A stretch of 64,000 bases of DNA from Catajapyx aquilonaris (lineage: Eukaryota): positions 1 through 64,000 of the forward strand of contig KZ538502.1 of NCBI GenBank assembly GCA_000934665.2, written 5' to 3'. The notes under the pieces were generated by a model that was given only the letters and a program-made list of their open reading frames with translations, was not told the DNA's origin and searched no databases. A program made the translations under genes and the position numbers. This document shows, one piece after another, positions 1-13,247 of this stretch. The number at the start of each line of letters is the position of its first letter. Position 1 is the stretch's first letter.

Positions 1-110
1 CCTGGGTTCGAATCCAGGGGCCGACGATCCTGACTGTGGTTTTCCACGGTCTTCCTAGGATAATTCCGGGGTCGCTTCCATATAATAGGCCACAGCCTCT
101 TCCTTCCCTC
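1..110 (+). mobile_element. tRNA-derived SINE fragment (truncated by window start)
   Basis: Pol III B-box GGTTCGAATCC at 5-15, followed by a body resembling arthropod SINEs (ggttttccacggt ... ataggccacagcctcttccttccc). There is no tRNA acceptor stem. Confidence 0.55.
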
Positions 111-597
111 CTTGGAGGTTGAAGAGGCAAAGCTGAGCCAACATCCCTAATATCAATTATTAAAAAGTCACTTCACGTGTCAGTGACCCTCCAGTAGCCA
201 ATCTTGGATAATTATTTTTGTCTGCTTCTTCACATGCTCAGAATACTCTTGTTGCCTTGGACTTACTAAATGCTTTTGCCTGTACCCTTTTCAGTGTGTT
301 GTAAATCATGACTTATGAGTCTGGAGAAATATATTTAAATGTCAGAAGTGCATGACTGCAGCTGCCATATGAGAATGAGTTATGCTTGACAGTATGCAGA
401 ATTCTACTCTCATAAATCACCCTGTACACAAGATATGATACGATTTGCATAGATAATTTCATACACTACACATTGCAACATTTACCACAGACTTGTCAAT
501 TTTATAAAAATAGTTGCAGGTAGATAACTTTTATAGACCAGCTACAGGGAGTCGTGGGGGGATTGCTTGCGGTTTATAGAAAAGCATCTTAAAAATA

Positions 598-1129
598 CAA
601 GGTGTTTCAGGGTCACGGGCCCAGCGCGCGAGGGGGTGGGGAAAAATCGGAGGTGGCAACAACCCCGGTCTGTTTTATAAAACAATTAGAAGTACGGGAG
701 TAAGCAATTATTTTATTACGGCGTGATGTCACATCCTTTCTATTCGAATTGACTGGCGCGGACTGGCAGGTGCCGTGGGTTGAATGGCTTTTTAGCCTTG
801 CGGGTTGCACTGAAAAAGGCTCTCTCACTGGCAAGGCAGGGTACTGTACACACTACTCTGTACCGTACAGTAGTACACTACTCTGTACCGTACAGTACCC
901 TCCCGGTATAGTATGAGAGCGCCATTTTCAGTGCAACCCGCAAGGCTAAAAAGCCATTCAACCCACAGCTCCTGCCGGTCCACGCCAGTCAATTCGAACA
1001 GAACCATAAAAAAATAATTGATTACTGCCGTATTTCTAACTGTTTTATAATCCCGACAGGGGTTGTCGCCACCTACGATTTTTCCCCACCCCCTCGCACG
1101 CACTTTACCCATGACACTGAAACACCCTG
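598..1129. mobile_element. Tc1/mariner-type MITE with ~230-bp imperfect inverted arms
   Basis: Termini are ta|CAAGGTGTTTCAG ... CTGAAACACCCTG|ca. The arms are reverse complements, e.g. gtgggttgaatggctttttagccttgcgggttgcactgaaaa versus ttttcagtgcaacccgcaaggctaaaaagccattcaacccac. The centre carries a tandem duplication of cactactctgtaccgtacagta. Confidence 0.8.
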
Positions 1130-2177
1130 CATATGTGCAACAGAGGGGTAAGCCACTTCAGGTGTACAATGATAATATGATTGCTTGTGAGTGTGCATAT
1201 TCATATTCTGGAAGAAACTTATTCTTGATACATAATATGCACCTGATCATGCAAACAGCTAAACCCTGGGATGCAACTTATGGCTCACTGGGAAGAGATT
1301 GACAGTAAAGGTGCACTGATACTTTTTTTTAAAAAATACTCATATTATTGTTCAACCACAGAATGGGACTGTGTGACATTATTATGAAATATGGACACCT
1401 GCTTTTACAAATTTCCAGAGGATTATCATTTCCCCAAGCTCTAAAAAAGAGGTAACCACTGAGTACGTTTCAAATGGAACCTGCATCATTGACTAATTTT
1501 ATTTGTCTTTTACGTTTAAGTTAAGCTCAGTAACTATCAGTACACCTCTACATGCAATGTAAGGTTCATTTATCCTGAGAATTGCACTGGCATCGCAATG
1601 GGCAGCAATGAAACTAACGATTAAAGGACTATGACACCAGTGATATTCGCTGGCCAAATGAACCGTATCTTGTACTATTATCCCTCTGATTTGTTTATTC
1701 TAATTCTTCAAACTCCTATTGAAGGAACCCAGAGCTTGATCGGTTAAAATAATCAGATAATTTTTCTGTGCCCTCTAGGTTGGTTTATGTACCTAAGGAG
1801 GTGGTGAGCGAGTAAAAGCACAAGTTAGTTTAATAGAAAAGGTCATCATTTCTAAATGGCAACTAGACTCAAATATTTGTAGTGCTCTCCATCTTCCTTC
1901 ATCCGGTACATCAACCATCTCAGAATAAGGCAGATATACTCGTTCCTTGGGAACTGCATATAAAAAATTTCCTTTAAAATGCTAATCTCATCATTGGCAC
2001 TTTTTGTGTACTTGGGGAGCTAAATTAGCACCAAAAAAACATGGGCTGCCACCAATCTGGGTCATGCCCACTCATGGTAACTTGAGGCACATATAAGTCC
2101 TGACAGCAACCTTTGATTCAAATAGTGCTTATGTGATAAGAACTAATTGAACCAACAGCTGGTTAGGATTAGAAAAA

Positions 2178-3158
2178 TCAATTTTCTGGTATGGGTGAGT
2201 TGCAGTTCCCATGGTAGACTTTGACCTCCCCATTGCACTGGAAATACTCCTGGAACACGTCTTTGTACCCATGCTGCTCCCACCACTGGCACAGCTGCCT
2301 GTTCCAGGTACATGGCAGCTTATAGATTCCCTCTGGCCAGTCGTAAGACAGCAGAGTGTAGAAGTCCTGGTCGCCTAGGTGGCCTCGAAAGTGGTACTTT
2401 GTAGCTAAGCTGGTCACGTTGGCAGCGTCGAGGTATTCGTTATAACGCCAGCTGGCTCTCATGACCTCCAGATCCAAAAGCAGCACACCCGAGTTCACTC
2501 CAGGGTTGGATGGATTCCCAGCAGACGTGCCCGGATTCTTGCCACGGTATGTGTACAGCACATGTCGGTATACAGGCGACAACTCAGGAGAAGCACCCAG
2601 AATGGCCGGGCCAAACTTATCAAACTCCGAAGCAAGGTCGCGTATATCCGCTCGAAACTCCAGATCCACATCCAGCACTATCACACGCTTCAGGTGCTGT
2701 GGCAATACCCGATGCAAACCGATTGACAAGAAGAACAGGACATCGCTGTAGTAACCGCCAGGTTGTGGACTGAAGTGCGTTTGCATGGCAGCTATCAAGT
2801 CTCGCAGCTTCCCAGCCACCTGCAGCACGGAATAGGTGGTGACCCGTGCATCCTTCCTAGTAATCTGCACAGCATGCCTCACGACAGCCCCTCCGTCCCT
2901 GTCTGTCACCACATGGAAATGCACCGACTCATTAGTGTTCCGCAGCAACGTCGTTATCATACGCCGTGCATTGCGCTTGAGTGTCGGGTTCTGCGCAGAC
3001 TTGGTGAAGGTGATGACAACATGCGTGAATGTTCTGTTGAGCTGTTGGTGCGGCCTGGGGAGTCTGGGCAGGTAGTCAACTTGGTACAGAGCGTAGATGA
3101 TGATGAGGAGGGAGGCGACCAGGACCAGGTTGAGGAGGATGCTGCGGAGGAGAGGCAT
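2178..3158 (-). CDS. XXYLT1: Xyloside xylosyltransferase 1 (GT8 family), single coding exon, ~326 aa
   Basis: N-terminal type II transmembrane segment, DxD motif (LDVDL), NSGVLLLDL, GHLGDQDFYT, LPCTWNRQLC and HGNC. The first ATG is at 3158, with an in-frame TGA at 3174-3176 upstream. Confidence 0.92.
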   Translation of the reverse strand: MPLLRSILLNLVLVASLLIIIYALYQVDYLPRLPRPHQQLNRTFTHVVITFTKSAQNPTLKRNARRMITTLLRNTNESVHFHVVTDRDGGAVVRHAVQITRKDARVTTYSVLQVAGKLRDLIAAMQTHFSPQPGGYYSDVLFFLSIGLHRVLPQHLKRVIVLDVDLEFRADIRDLASEFDKFGPAILGASPELSPVYRHVLYTYRGKNPGTSAGNPSNPGVNSGVLLLDLEVMRASWRYNEYLDAANVTSLATKYHFRGHLGDQDFYTLLSYDWPEGIYKLPCTWNRQLCQWWEQHGYKDVFQEYFQCNGEVKVYHGNCNSPIPEN

Positions 3159-3278
3159 CAGCAAGCAGGCCGCTCATTGCTCAGCACCCACCAGAACACG
3201 TCGGAATCACATTTGGTATGTTGTCATCAACTGGTCAGAAATGATTTCAGATCATTTATCACTGATCTCGAATGTTTT

Positions 3279-3500
3279 GGACGCCATCTTTAAATGAACT
3301 TTTCGCATTCCACAGGGAGCCACTAATTATACTACATTACAACACTATATGAAATGCAGTTTCCATAACTGATGCAATTAAAAATTGTACATGAACCGAA
3401 ACCAGTGCATTATTCCGTAAACGATGAGTGTTTGAAGATTAAGTAAATGCATTGGCACCATTGCGGTGACGTCACGGCATGTTTCAAGATGGCCGACTGA
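3279..3500. promoter_or_regulatory. Bidirectional promoter shared by XXYLT1 and Sas10
   Basis: Divergent genes with 425 bp between start codons. Outward-facing YY1/Pho-type motifs occur at 3283-3290 (GCCATCTT) and 3486-3493 (AAGATGGC), and a palindromic CRE TGACGTCA at 3467-3474. Confidence 0.6.
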
Positions 3501-3582
3501 ACAACGTGTTTTGCACATTTTTCGACGGGTGGACACAATTTCCGGCGTTCTCTTCGCTCTTTGAGCTTATTATCACTCCACC

Positions 3583-5689
3583 ATGCCTAAAAGGTAAGCT
3601 GATTGATTGGTCTTAAACCTTAAAAGCTTAAAGTTTGGGTAAAAACTAGGCTATCTGCATTTCTAATCCAAGACATCTTTTGATCCCAACTGTTGAGGTG
3701 ACTCCAAAATAATATACCCAGATCATCTAAAAATTGTAAATAGTCTTACGTATTACCTGAAAAGAAAGTGTATCTAATTATTGCATGTGTTGGAGCACAA
3801 CCATCAGGGTACATCTGGCAGATATAGTGACTTTTTGTTGCTCAGATGAGTCCCAGCCTCATTCATTGCTAATGTACTTTCATGCCTTTTTAGGAGAAAG
3901 CCAAAGCGTGTCTCGGACCTCATAGATGCGGTGTCTGATGAGGAAAAAGAGGCAGATCCAGACCCAAACTCCAATGAGTTTTTGTACGATGAAGTGGATG
4001 ACTTTCACCACAAGAGGGAGAAGATATTGCTGGATAGCGGAGACCGGAAATGGGTTGGGATGGGGTCGGAGAGTGAAGATGAGGAGAATGAAGAGGTGCT
4101 GGGCTTGGATATGTTGTCAGAAGAGGAGGGCAACAAGGATGCTGAGTATGAGCTAGAAAGTGACTTTGACGATGAGAGGGAAGCAGAAGACTTTTTGCCA
4201 GATAGAAGAGCATGGGGGAAGAGGAAGGGGACATTTTACAGCAGGGATTACGAGGCCGATGAACAGAAGCGTGAGTTATAATTAATGTGACAAGTTGCGG
4301 TTTAACTTTTATAATTGCATATCTAAGGTTATATGGATATTAACATTTCTTTATATGCCATGTACGGTCAGGTTTGGAGGGTGAGGAACAGGAAGCAGCC
4401 GAACTAGAGGAAAAAGAGGCAAGAGAGATCCAGAAGCGGCTGGTGGCTGAATTGGATGAGGTTGACTTTGGATTTGACATGATTCTTCCCATGAAGAAAG
4501 ATTCCCAGCAGGCCCAAGAAGAGGAGACCAAAGCTGAGAGGGTTCAGGCAGACTTCTCTGGGCTGAGCAAGAAAGAGAAGCTTGAACTACTAAAAAAAGA
4601 ATCTCCCGAGTTCCTTGAGCTTATACATGACTGCAAAGGTTCGTTAAGTTGTTGCGTCTTTTTCAGTCTGACTGTACCCTGTCAGCTCTTTTACTTGCAA
4701 AATATTGTGGACATTTTGTGAACATTGGGGGAGTGAAATCATAAAATCAATTGTCTGTTTCAGAAAAAATGAAAGAGCTTCACCAACTGTCAGCTGTGCT
4801 TAAGCTGGCTTCGGAAGGGAGGATGCCTCAAAGTGGATGCGAGTATGTCCGCACGAAGTACAGCCTCATCACAAAGTGAGTTGTATGGATCAGTTGTGTA
4901 TGATGCATGTGCACTAACATGACATTTCACTCTTGCAGTTATTGCACAAATGTGGCATACTACATTCTGCTCAAATCCAAGTGTGTGCCAGTCCAGTCCC
5001 ACCCGGTACTCCGACGTCTAGTACAATTCAGGCAGTTGCTAAAGGAGCTAGAATCAGTTGACGAGCAGGTTACCTCACAAGTGGAGTCACTGCTGGAGAG
5101 AATGGCTGTGGGAGAAGAGATCCCTGTGGTTTCTGAAGCTGTAAAGACTAAGAATCGCAAAACCCTACAAATTTTGACAAAAATGGGTGGAGAGCCTGAG
5201 GCAAAGAGAGTCAGATTTGAAGCTGAGGCCAGTGGACAGGGAAGGACCAAGCAGAAATTGGGTGGCACTTCCAAGATGGCCATCATGGGCAATGTGGCTG
5301 CCAAATCTACAACCCCAGCTGCTGGTTCCAAAAAGGCTGCGGATTCTAAACCGCTTCCCATTGCAAAGTTTGCTAAGGAAACGCCCAACAGTAATCTTTC
5401 TGCTGGAACTTCTATGGATGCAACAGCAGATTCAGCTGATGCAGATGATGCAAGCGGAATGGATAAGCGTGGCATAACCAAGGAAATGGCCAAGAACCGT
5501 GGCCAGACACCGAAACCACGCAAGAAGGACCGCCGCAATCCTCGTATGAAGCATCGAACCCAATTCAAGAAGGCAGTGATCCGTCGGAGGGGTCAGGTTC
5601 GTGATGTCAGGAAGGAAGTGCAACTGTATTCTGGAGAAAAGACTGGGATCAAGGCAGGACTGGTCAAGAGTATCAAGATTAAGGCATAA
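3583..5689 (+). CDS. SAS10: Something about silencing protein 10 / UTP3 (SSU processome), 5 exons
   Basis: Exons 3583-3593, 3894-4270, 4372-4638, 4764-~4875 and ~4939-5689 join in frame at GT-AG sites. Motifs include [41 protein letters not shown] and the C-terminal RNPRMKHR...[17 protein letters not shown]. Confidence 0.95.
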
Positions 5690-6256
5690 TTGTTATTTTT
5701 TTCATTATTTCCCCTTCTAATAAAATACAGTGCTAAAGTAACATTTGACATTTTAATTATCATCTTTCACAAATGGCAGCTCATTTTTAGACTAGTACGT
5801 CCAGTTAATATCTGATGAATATTCATAACAGTCAAGAGTGACACGTTGTTAACAGCCAACATCCAACAGGTCTTTAAAATCCACAATGCAGTACATTCCC
5901 ATTATTAAAATCATCCCATTTCGCAGCATCCTCATTAGGTCACACCTACAATGCATCCGCTCTTACAATAATGATGATGTTACATTTTTGATAGTTTGGA
6001 TAGTGCTTATTGTCACAGAAATACTATTCTAAGGCTGAACACATTGTAGAGGTGGCCCACTAAGCCATCATGGATACCACTTTGTCTGTAAAATATGCAC
6101 ATGGGGTATTCCAACTTGGTATCCCCACATGCTGTGTAATATCGAACTAATATTCTTGATTGCACATTTTTACTGCTTTCACACATTCCTGTAGACCAGC
6201 TACCAATTTTCTGTACAATTTTTTTCTAATAATTTGTCGTCGGCTTCCATTTTTGC

Positions 6257-7949
<1,693 letters not shown>

Positions 7950-8868
7950 CTCTGCACAGCTCACTTGGAATTTATCCGGTTAAAAAGGGGTCCGAATGAA
8001 GGCTTTTTATCCGGGAGGAACGATCCGTCCTCTTAATTGCCTTCCTGATCGTTCAGAAGATCCGCCGACAGATGGCAGCTCACTCGCTACGATACGTTAC
8101 GTCATCGGCTGTTCGAATTATTACCGGGAACTTTGTTTTCTTTTTCGATTATTCCAACTGGTTTTAATAAGGGAAGGACTGCTGCGATGGGTAATGTTGT
8201 AAGATGTGGCTCTTCTTCCGGTCCTTATTGCTGCAGGTTAAGCATTGATCTTAGAGGAGTTTTGTAAGGACCGCCTGTTATTACGTGAGAGATGACATCA
8301 TAGGGTGACATTTCCCAACAGTTCATATCACCTTCAACAGAGGTCGGCATCCAAATAGGACATGTGAAGAACAATGTGCGGCGCTTGTTTTATGCTTATG
8401 CACTTATCTACCCTGATTACCGCATCGGACATGCCCAGCATATATGCATATTCCCATTAATTAATGTAAATTATTAAATAATTTTTCTAAATTATGTCGC
8501 CACTGCAATGTTGGGCTGATTTTTCTTTCTTATATGGTCTTTCGTTGCACGAATATTACACTAGTTACAGTGGTCGAAATATTCGGATGCGAAAGGTATA
8601 CAATTTTCACTCCAAAATATGTTATCTGCACTCCAAACTGAATCTTGGCGTTCAAAGTATGGATTCCAGTTGGTCCTGCATGGCTAAACCCAGTTTAATT
8701 ACAGATTAAGTAAGTATTTTGCATTCACAAAGGGGAGCAACTATAACTTACAACTGAGCAAAGGTAAGTCGATCTCTCCTGGACCAAAATAAATAAATCA
8801 AATCGACCCCTATAATTGGAGTAATGCAATGAAACCTAATATTGTGTATTTCTCTCAGTGCACTGAAA

Positions 8869-8963
8869 ATTATTGAAGTGGGTTGTGTACGAATAACGTC
8901 GGTAATAAAATAACATTATTACCGATGTTGTTAGTATACTACTGTACAGCCCACTTTAATAAT
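8869..8963 (+). ncRNA. Candidate structured RNA / pre-miRNA-like hairpin
   Basis: A 24-bp stem (8885-8908 with 8916-8939) closes a 7-nt loop, and a 16-bp lower stem pairs 8869-8884 with 8948-8963. Five of the six non-Watson-Crick positions are G:U on the + strand. Confidence 0.35.
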
Positions 8964-9051
8964 ATTTTATTACTATGGAAACAAACACATCAGGTCCATT
9001 AGATGTAACAAGAAGGTGATCGCGCAGTCCAGTCCTCAACAACTTAACATC

Positions 9052-10591
9052 ATGTCGAGAGGATGGCTGTGGAGGACACTATTAGGAGAATCGCAACCTG
9101 GACATCCACATGGGTCAGAAGAGGTGGAGTACTACACCATATTATTCAACATTGCTCCTGAGGTGCACTCGAAGGTTCTTTCCTTGCCTCCTCTCTTGGG
9201 GAAAAATAAGTCGAAAGGGAACAGTTATTGCGACAACAGCATAATGTACTTCAACTACAACGATGACGGTCAAGAGTTGGAAGTGACCATGGAGCCTTTG
9301 CAGGACGATCTGGATTGTCCAGTCGAGCCGATTCCAGAGAGCACTTGCACCATTTGCGACTCCAAGTCTCAATCGCCCAAATCAAAAGGCACCATCGGAA
9401 CGTGGCCAACTGCTCATCAGTTCCCATCAGCCAGATCAGTGAGGGTGTTTCAAAGGGACAATGCCGAATACGCGACTATCGAGCCACCAATAACGTTCAT
9501 CAAGTATCTGCCAATCCTTGATGAGCGTGAAAGCGAGAGTGAAAACAATTTGATCAGGCTTTTAAACAAAGAACTGGAATTGTTCCAAAAGTTCAACGTG
9601 GCAAACAAGTCTGATGATTGTGCAATTGTGACAAGAAGCAAAAGTGAACAAATTATTCCCTCAGGTACTATGACAATAACATTCTTATAGAGCCAATTAA
9701 ATTATAGGGCTCATCACGTAAAATCTTCCACTTTCAGAGGAAGCTCGTCTAGCTCGAGATACTGCAGTGGTTGTCAAGGGAATAAGGTTAGTTCGTGTAT
9801 GACCCTGAAGTTAACTTACACAGTCACGTGGAGTAATTTGTTTCTTTGTATATAATTGAAAAATTACACCCGTTGTCCAGACTAGGGCCTTTAAAAAAAG
9901 CACATGTTTGAATAATTCTAATGACAATTATGTCTTTTCACAGTGACACGTTAATCAAATGTGGAAACATTAGTGCTTGTATCCCCAATCTGAAAGTGTG
10001 CAAAACTATACCAGGCAGGTTTAGTTTCACTCTAAATGACACTTACGTACAAGAAGTTCTGTTTGGAGACTATCGAAGCCATTCCGTAGCTCTCTACATC
10101 ACGAAATCTCCAAAGTTAGGCCAACTTGAGTGTGACATCATGGAAGGTATTGTCTTCCCAGAAAATACATGAAAAAGGATTGCCTGTACCGTTTATACGT
10201 GCATTCGTTGCAGATTTAAGCACATACTTGCTGAAGAGTTTCCTGTGGCCGAGTAAAAATGTGAAGATAACTTGGATGAAATGTCTCCACAAACTGTTGG
10301 CCCAGATGATCCTAGATTCCTCAGCCGAGCCCATCTTCCCCTGCCAACGGTACTTATTGCACTACAATACTTCATGACCAACTCCTGTGGGGGAAACTTC
10401 ACTATTTTGTTCTCACCAGATTTGAGGATGGGTACGACGCTGCAGCCCTGTTCTCCCCCAAAGCCTCCCTCTACGTTCGACACACGGGCACCGCGTTCAT
10501 CTTCAACCTCAGCCAAATTCTCAAGACATTTCCCCACCGTGTTCTGATGCTACGTGAAAATCAACACCGTCCAATTTCCAGTCTACAATAA
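9052..10591 (+). CDS. Uncharacterised 5-exon protein-coding gene (~390 aa), no family recognised
   Basis: Exons 9052-9664, ~9738-9787, ~9944-10147, ~10214-10349 and ~10420-10591 join with matching phases at GT-AG sites into one ORF. AATAAA overlaps the stop at 10587-10592. Confidence 0.65.
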
Positions 10592-10753
10592 AGTCAATCA
10601 ATCTCAGAGCTACAGTTATCGTGAGTTTGATTCCGATGCAGGTCTGCCAACCGAAAAGAGCGGCGCTGTGTGACGTCACTTGACACCGTCACTTGTTCCT
10701 AGTTGAAAACAGGAATGGCGTCTTGAACAAGAGGAGAAGAAAAGAGCGTGAGG

Positions 10754-13247
10754 ATGTCGAGGCTCTTCCTGCTCCTCTCCGTCCTGGTCCTGGCCCGCAG
10801 CTGTGCCGAAGCCACGGACTGCACCTTCCCGAGCCCAACGGCCAGCAAGTCAGCTCTTCTGAAGAGCCTGGAAGCACTTAAAGGACACACGTATGGATCC
10901 ACACTGCAACTGGACCGGGTCTGGACCGGGTTCGGTTTCCCAGGCGGCAGTGTTGCCAACCCACCCAGCACACAGCTTATTGACTACTGATTGATTTCCA
11001 GGAGATGGGTGGCGGCGGGGATGCACAACTACACTGTCGGAGTGTGCGTGGAGGCCAACAGCTCCATGCTCGGAGTTGGGGCGGTTCAGCAGATTGCAGG
11101 GAATGAGTCGGTGCCGCTTGGGTTGCTGAACCAGACTGATGTGACGGGGAATGGGACTGGTTGGGTGCTTCTTACTTACGGGGGTGGGCAGGTTTACAAG
11201 GGGACCGCCTGCCACAACGAGATCCGGAAGACCATGGTTATGTTTGTGTGCAACCGATCGGCGCATGAGGTTGGTTGGACCATGACGGAAGAGCTGGTTT
11301 ATTCACTCGCTTCCACTGTAACTAAAAAAAAAAGCATGGTCACAAAGTCAGCAAGTTTTATGCAACAGCTGGAAATGCAGCAAATCAAAATTATCGAAAA
11401 ATTATTTTACAAAAAATATATCATTTCAATCCAAACTAATTGTACGCTAATTTTTCTAAATTTTACACTATTTGAGTCCACTTCACCGAGATGTACTGCT
11501 TATGATGTAAGCAATTTGCCTGGCAGATAACCAGCAGTGATAATTTACTACATGATAGTGTGTGATTATGCAGCGAGTCACATACCAAATGATTTGTTTT
11601 TCAGATGCGATTGACGTTTGTTGAAGAATCCAAAGTTATTCAGGATGACTGTTATTACATGTTCCAAATTGAAACTGATGTTCTTTGCCGGAAGACAAAT
11701 CCTGTTACAGAAGAAGGACTGAGCACTTCATCTATTTTTTGCATACTGTACGTATAATAATAGTTTTTTAGATATGTCCTTACTCACAGTCAGTATTGAT
11801 TTTTATAAGGTAACTAGCTGGCAGCTCAAGTTGCCGATTGATTGATCAGATTGATCAGATGAACGTGTTCCAAATCACCATTACTTATAGTGTTATTTCA
11901 ATTCTCTGGTAATATTCACTGAATGAGTAGCATGGAAGAATTGATTTTGTTTTCTTGATACAGTAGCACTGTTGCATTTTGATCAGTGGACAATGTTGCA
12001 ATAGTGACATATTTTTTAAGTCCTCACTACACTTGTGTTTTAACAAATCAGGGATTTTAAAATTCCCTATGTGCCCAAAGTTTGCAAGTTGTAGCACCTC
12101 ATATATAGATTTGTTAACAAAATTTCACAAGACTCAATTTCGCAATGATATGCATTACCTATAAATATAATGCACACATACACTGACAACTTGTCCTGTT
12201 TGGGGTTACCAGTAATGAAGAATAAGCCACACGTAACACCATGTACGACTCTTTCCTCATCTCACAAGACCGTTACTCAATAATCCTCAGGTGTACACAA
12301 AGGAGATAACATGTTTGATGGTGATGAGATTAAATCATTCAACCTGGGCTGTGGTATCATGCTCGTATCATGTTACTGACCTGTACATCATCAGATTGTT
12401 GAACTCGAGACATATTTTGATCAGTAATTAGTTGTGATTTCCAGAGATTTCTTGCTCTTGCTTGTCAAGTTTGAAAATTTCAGTCATGTCCCAGGTTGCA
12501 TCCCAGGCATCCCAGGCATCCCAGGATGGAACATTTGCCTGGCAGTCGCGAAATCTTATCGTTCATTCCCCCCTCTATTCCTTCTCCTCACAACTTGGCA
12601 AAGTTTTTGTGTTGGAGGAAGTAAGAAGTATACTCAGAAATTTATTTTAAAGCTAACATGGTTGGAAAAGATCATGCATCATGGGAAGCAAACGGTGTCA
12701 AAAACTTAACCAAAATAAACAGAAAATTTATACTTCGTTGTTTGTGATAGGTAGTAAGACCAACTTATTGAGTACACGACAGTAGGTGTCAGAGAGGATA
12801 GGCGTAAACTAAATTTTTCATTATGCCCCATTCAATCTCTGAGAATTGGTGTGTGTTTAAAATAAATAATAGAAGACTTAATAGATGGTTGACATTTTAC
12901 CTATGTTATTTAATTGTTATTCATGTAAGAAGTTCCCTGGCAGTGGGGAAAGTACAGTGGTGTAACAGATTTTAATTAATCCGTGCAGGTTGCTAGTTGG
13001 TGTTAGTGTGTACCTGCTGATAGGTCTGGCCTACAGAAGACTCATCGTAGGCGCAAAGGGATTGGAGCAGGTGCCTAACTACGAGTTCTGGAAAGAGTTT
13101 GGGAGACTCGAAGCAGATGGATGCGACTTCATATGCCGATGTGGTGACCGATATTCCTCACGAGCGTACCGAGACATTGACAGCCACTTGACCAACGAAT
13201 TTAGCGACACCAACGCTGACCGTGATGATGCCTTACTGCGACCTTAA
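10754..13247 (+). CDS. M6PR: Cation-dependent mannose-6-phosphate receptor-like, 4 exons
   Basis: Exons 10754-10890, 11002-11269, 11605-11747 and 12989-13247. Signal peptide, a single MRH domain (YTVGVC, LTYGGG..Y, RKTMVMFVC, FVEE, DCYYMFQI), TM segment, then cytosolic GAKGLEQVPNYEFW, ADGCDFICR and a C-terminal DDALL acidic dileucine. Confidence 0.9.

Noticed and set aside
1..30. tRNA gene suggested by GGTTCGAATCC
   Set aside because: No acceptor stem or terminator follows, and the downstream sequence is SINE-like.
613..1112. Two similar short ORFs (73 and 95 aa)
   Set aside because: They are by-products of the palindromic MITE, with no transposase motifs.
2461..3297. Plus-strand ORFs up to 176 aa opposite XXYLT1
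   Set aside because: Antisense shadows of a GC-rich coding exon, with no recognisable domains.
4960..5568. 202-aa antisense ORF within Sas10
   Set aside because: In-register antisense shadow of the coding exon.
6095..6135. Small hairpin (catggggtattccaacttggtatccccacatg) between Sas10 and TPI
   Set aside because: Short and imperfect, with no SECIS or other recognisable motif.
12488..12525. Tandem 9-mer (catcccagg) giving a collagen-like PGIPGIPG ORF
   Set aside because: Only about 3 units inside an M6PR intron, with no splice support.
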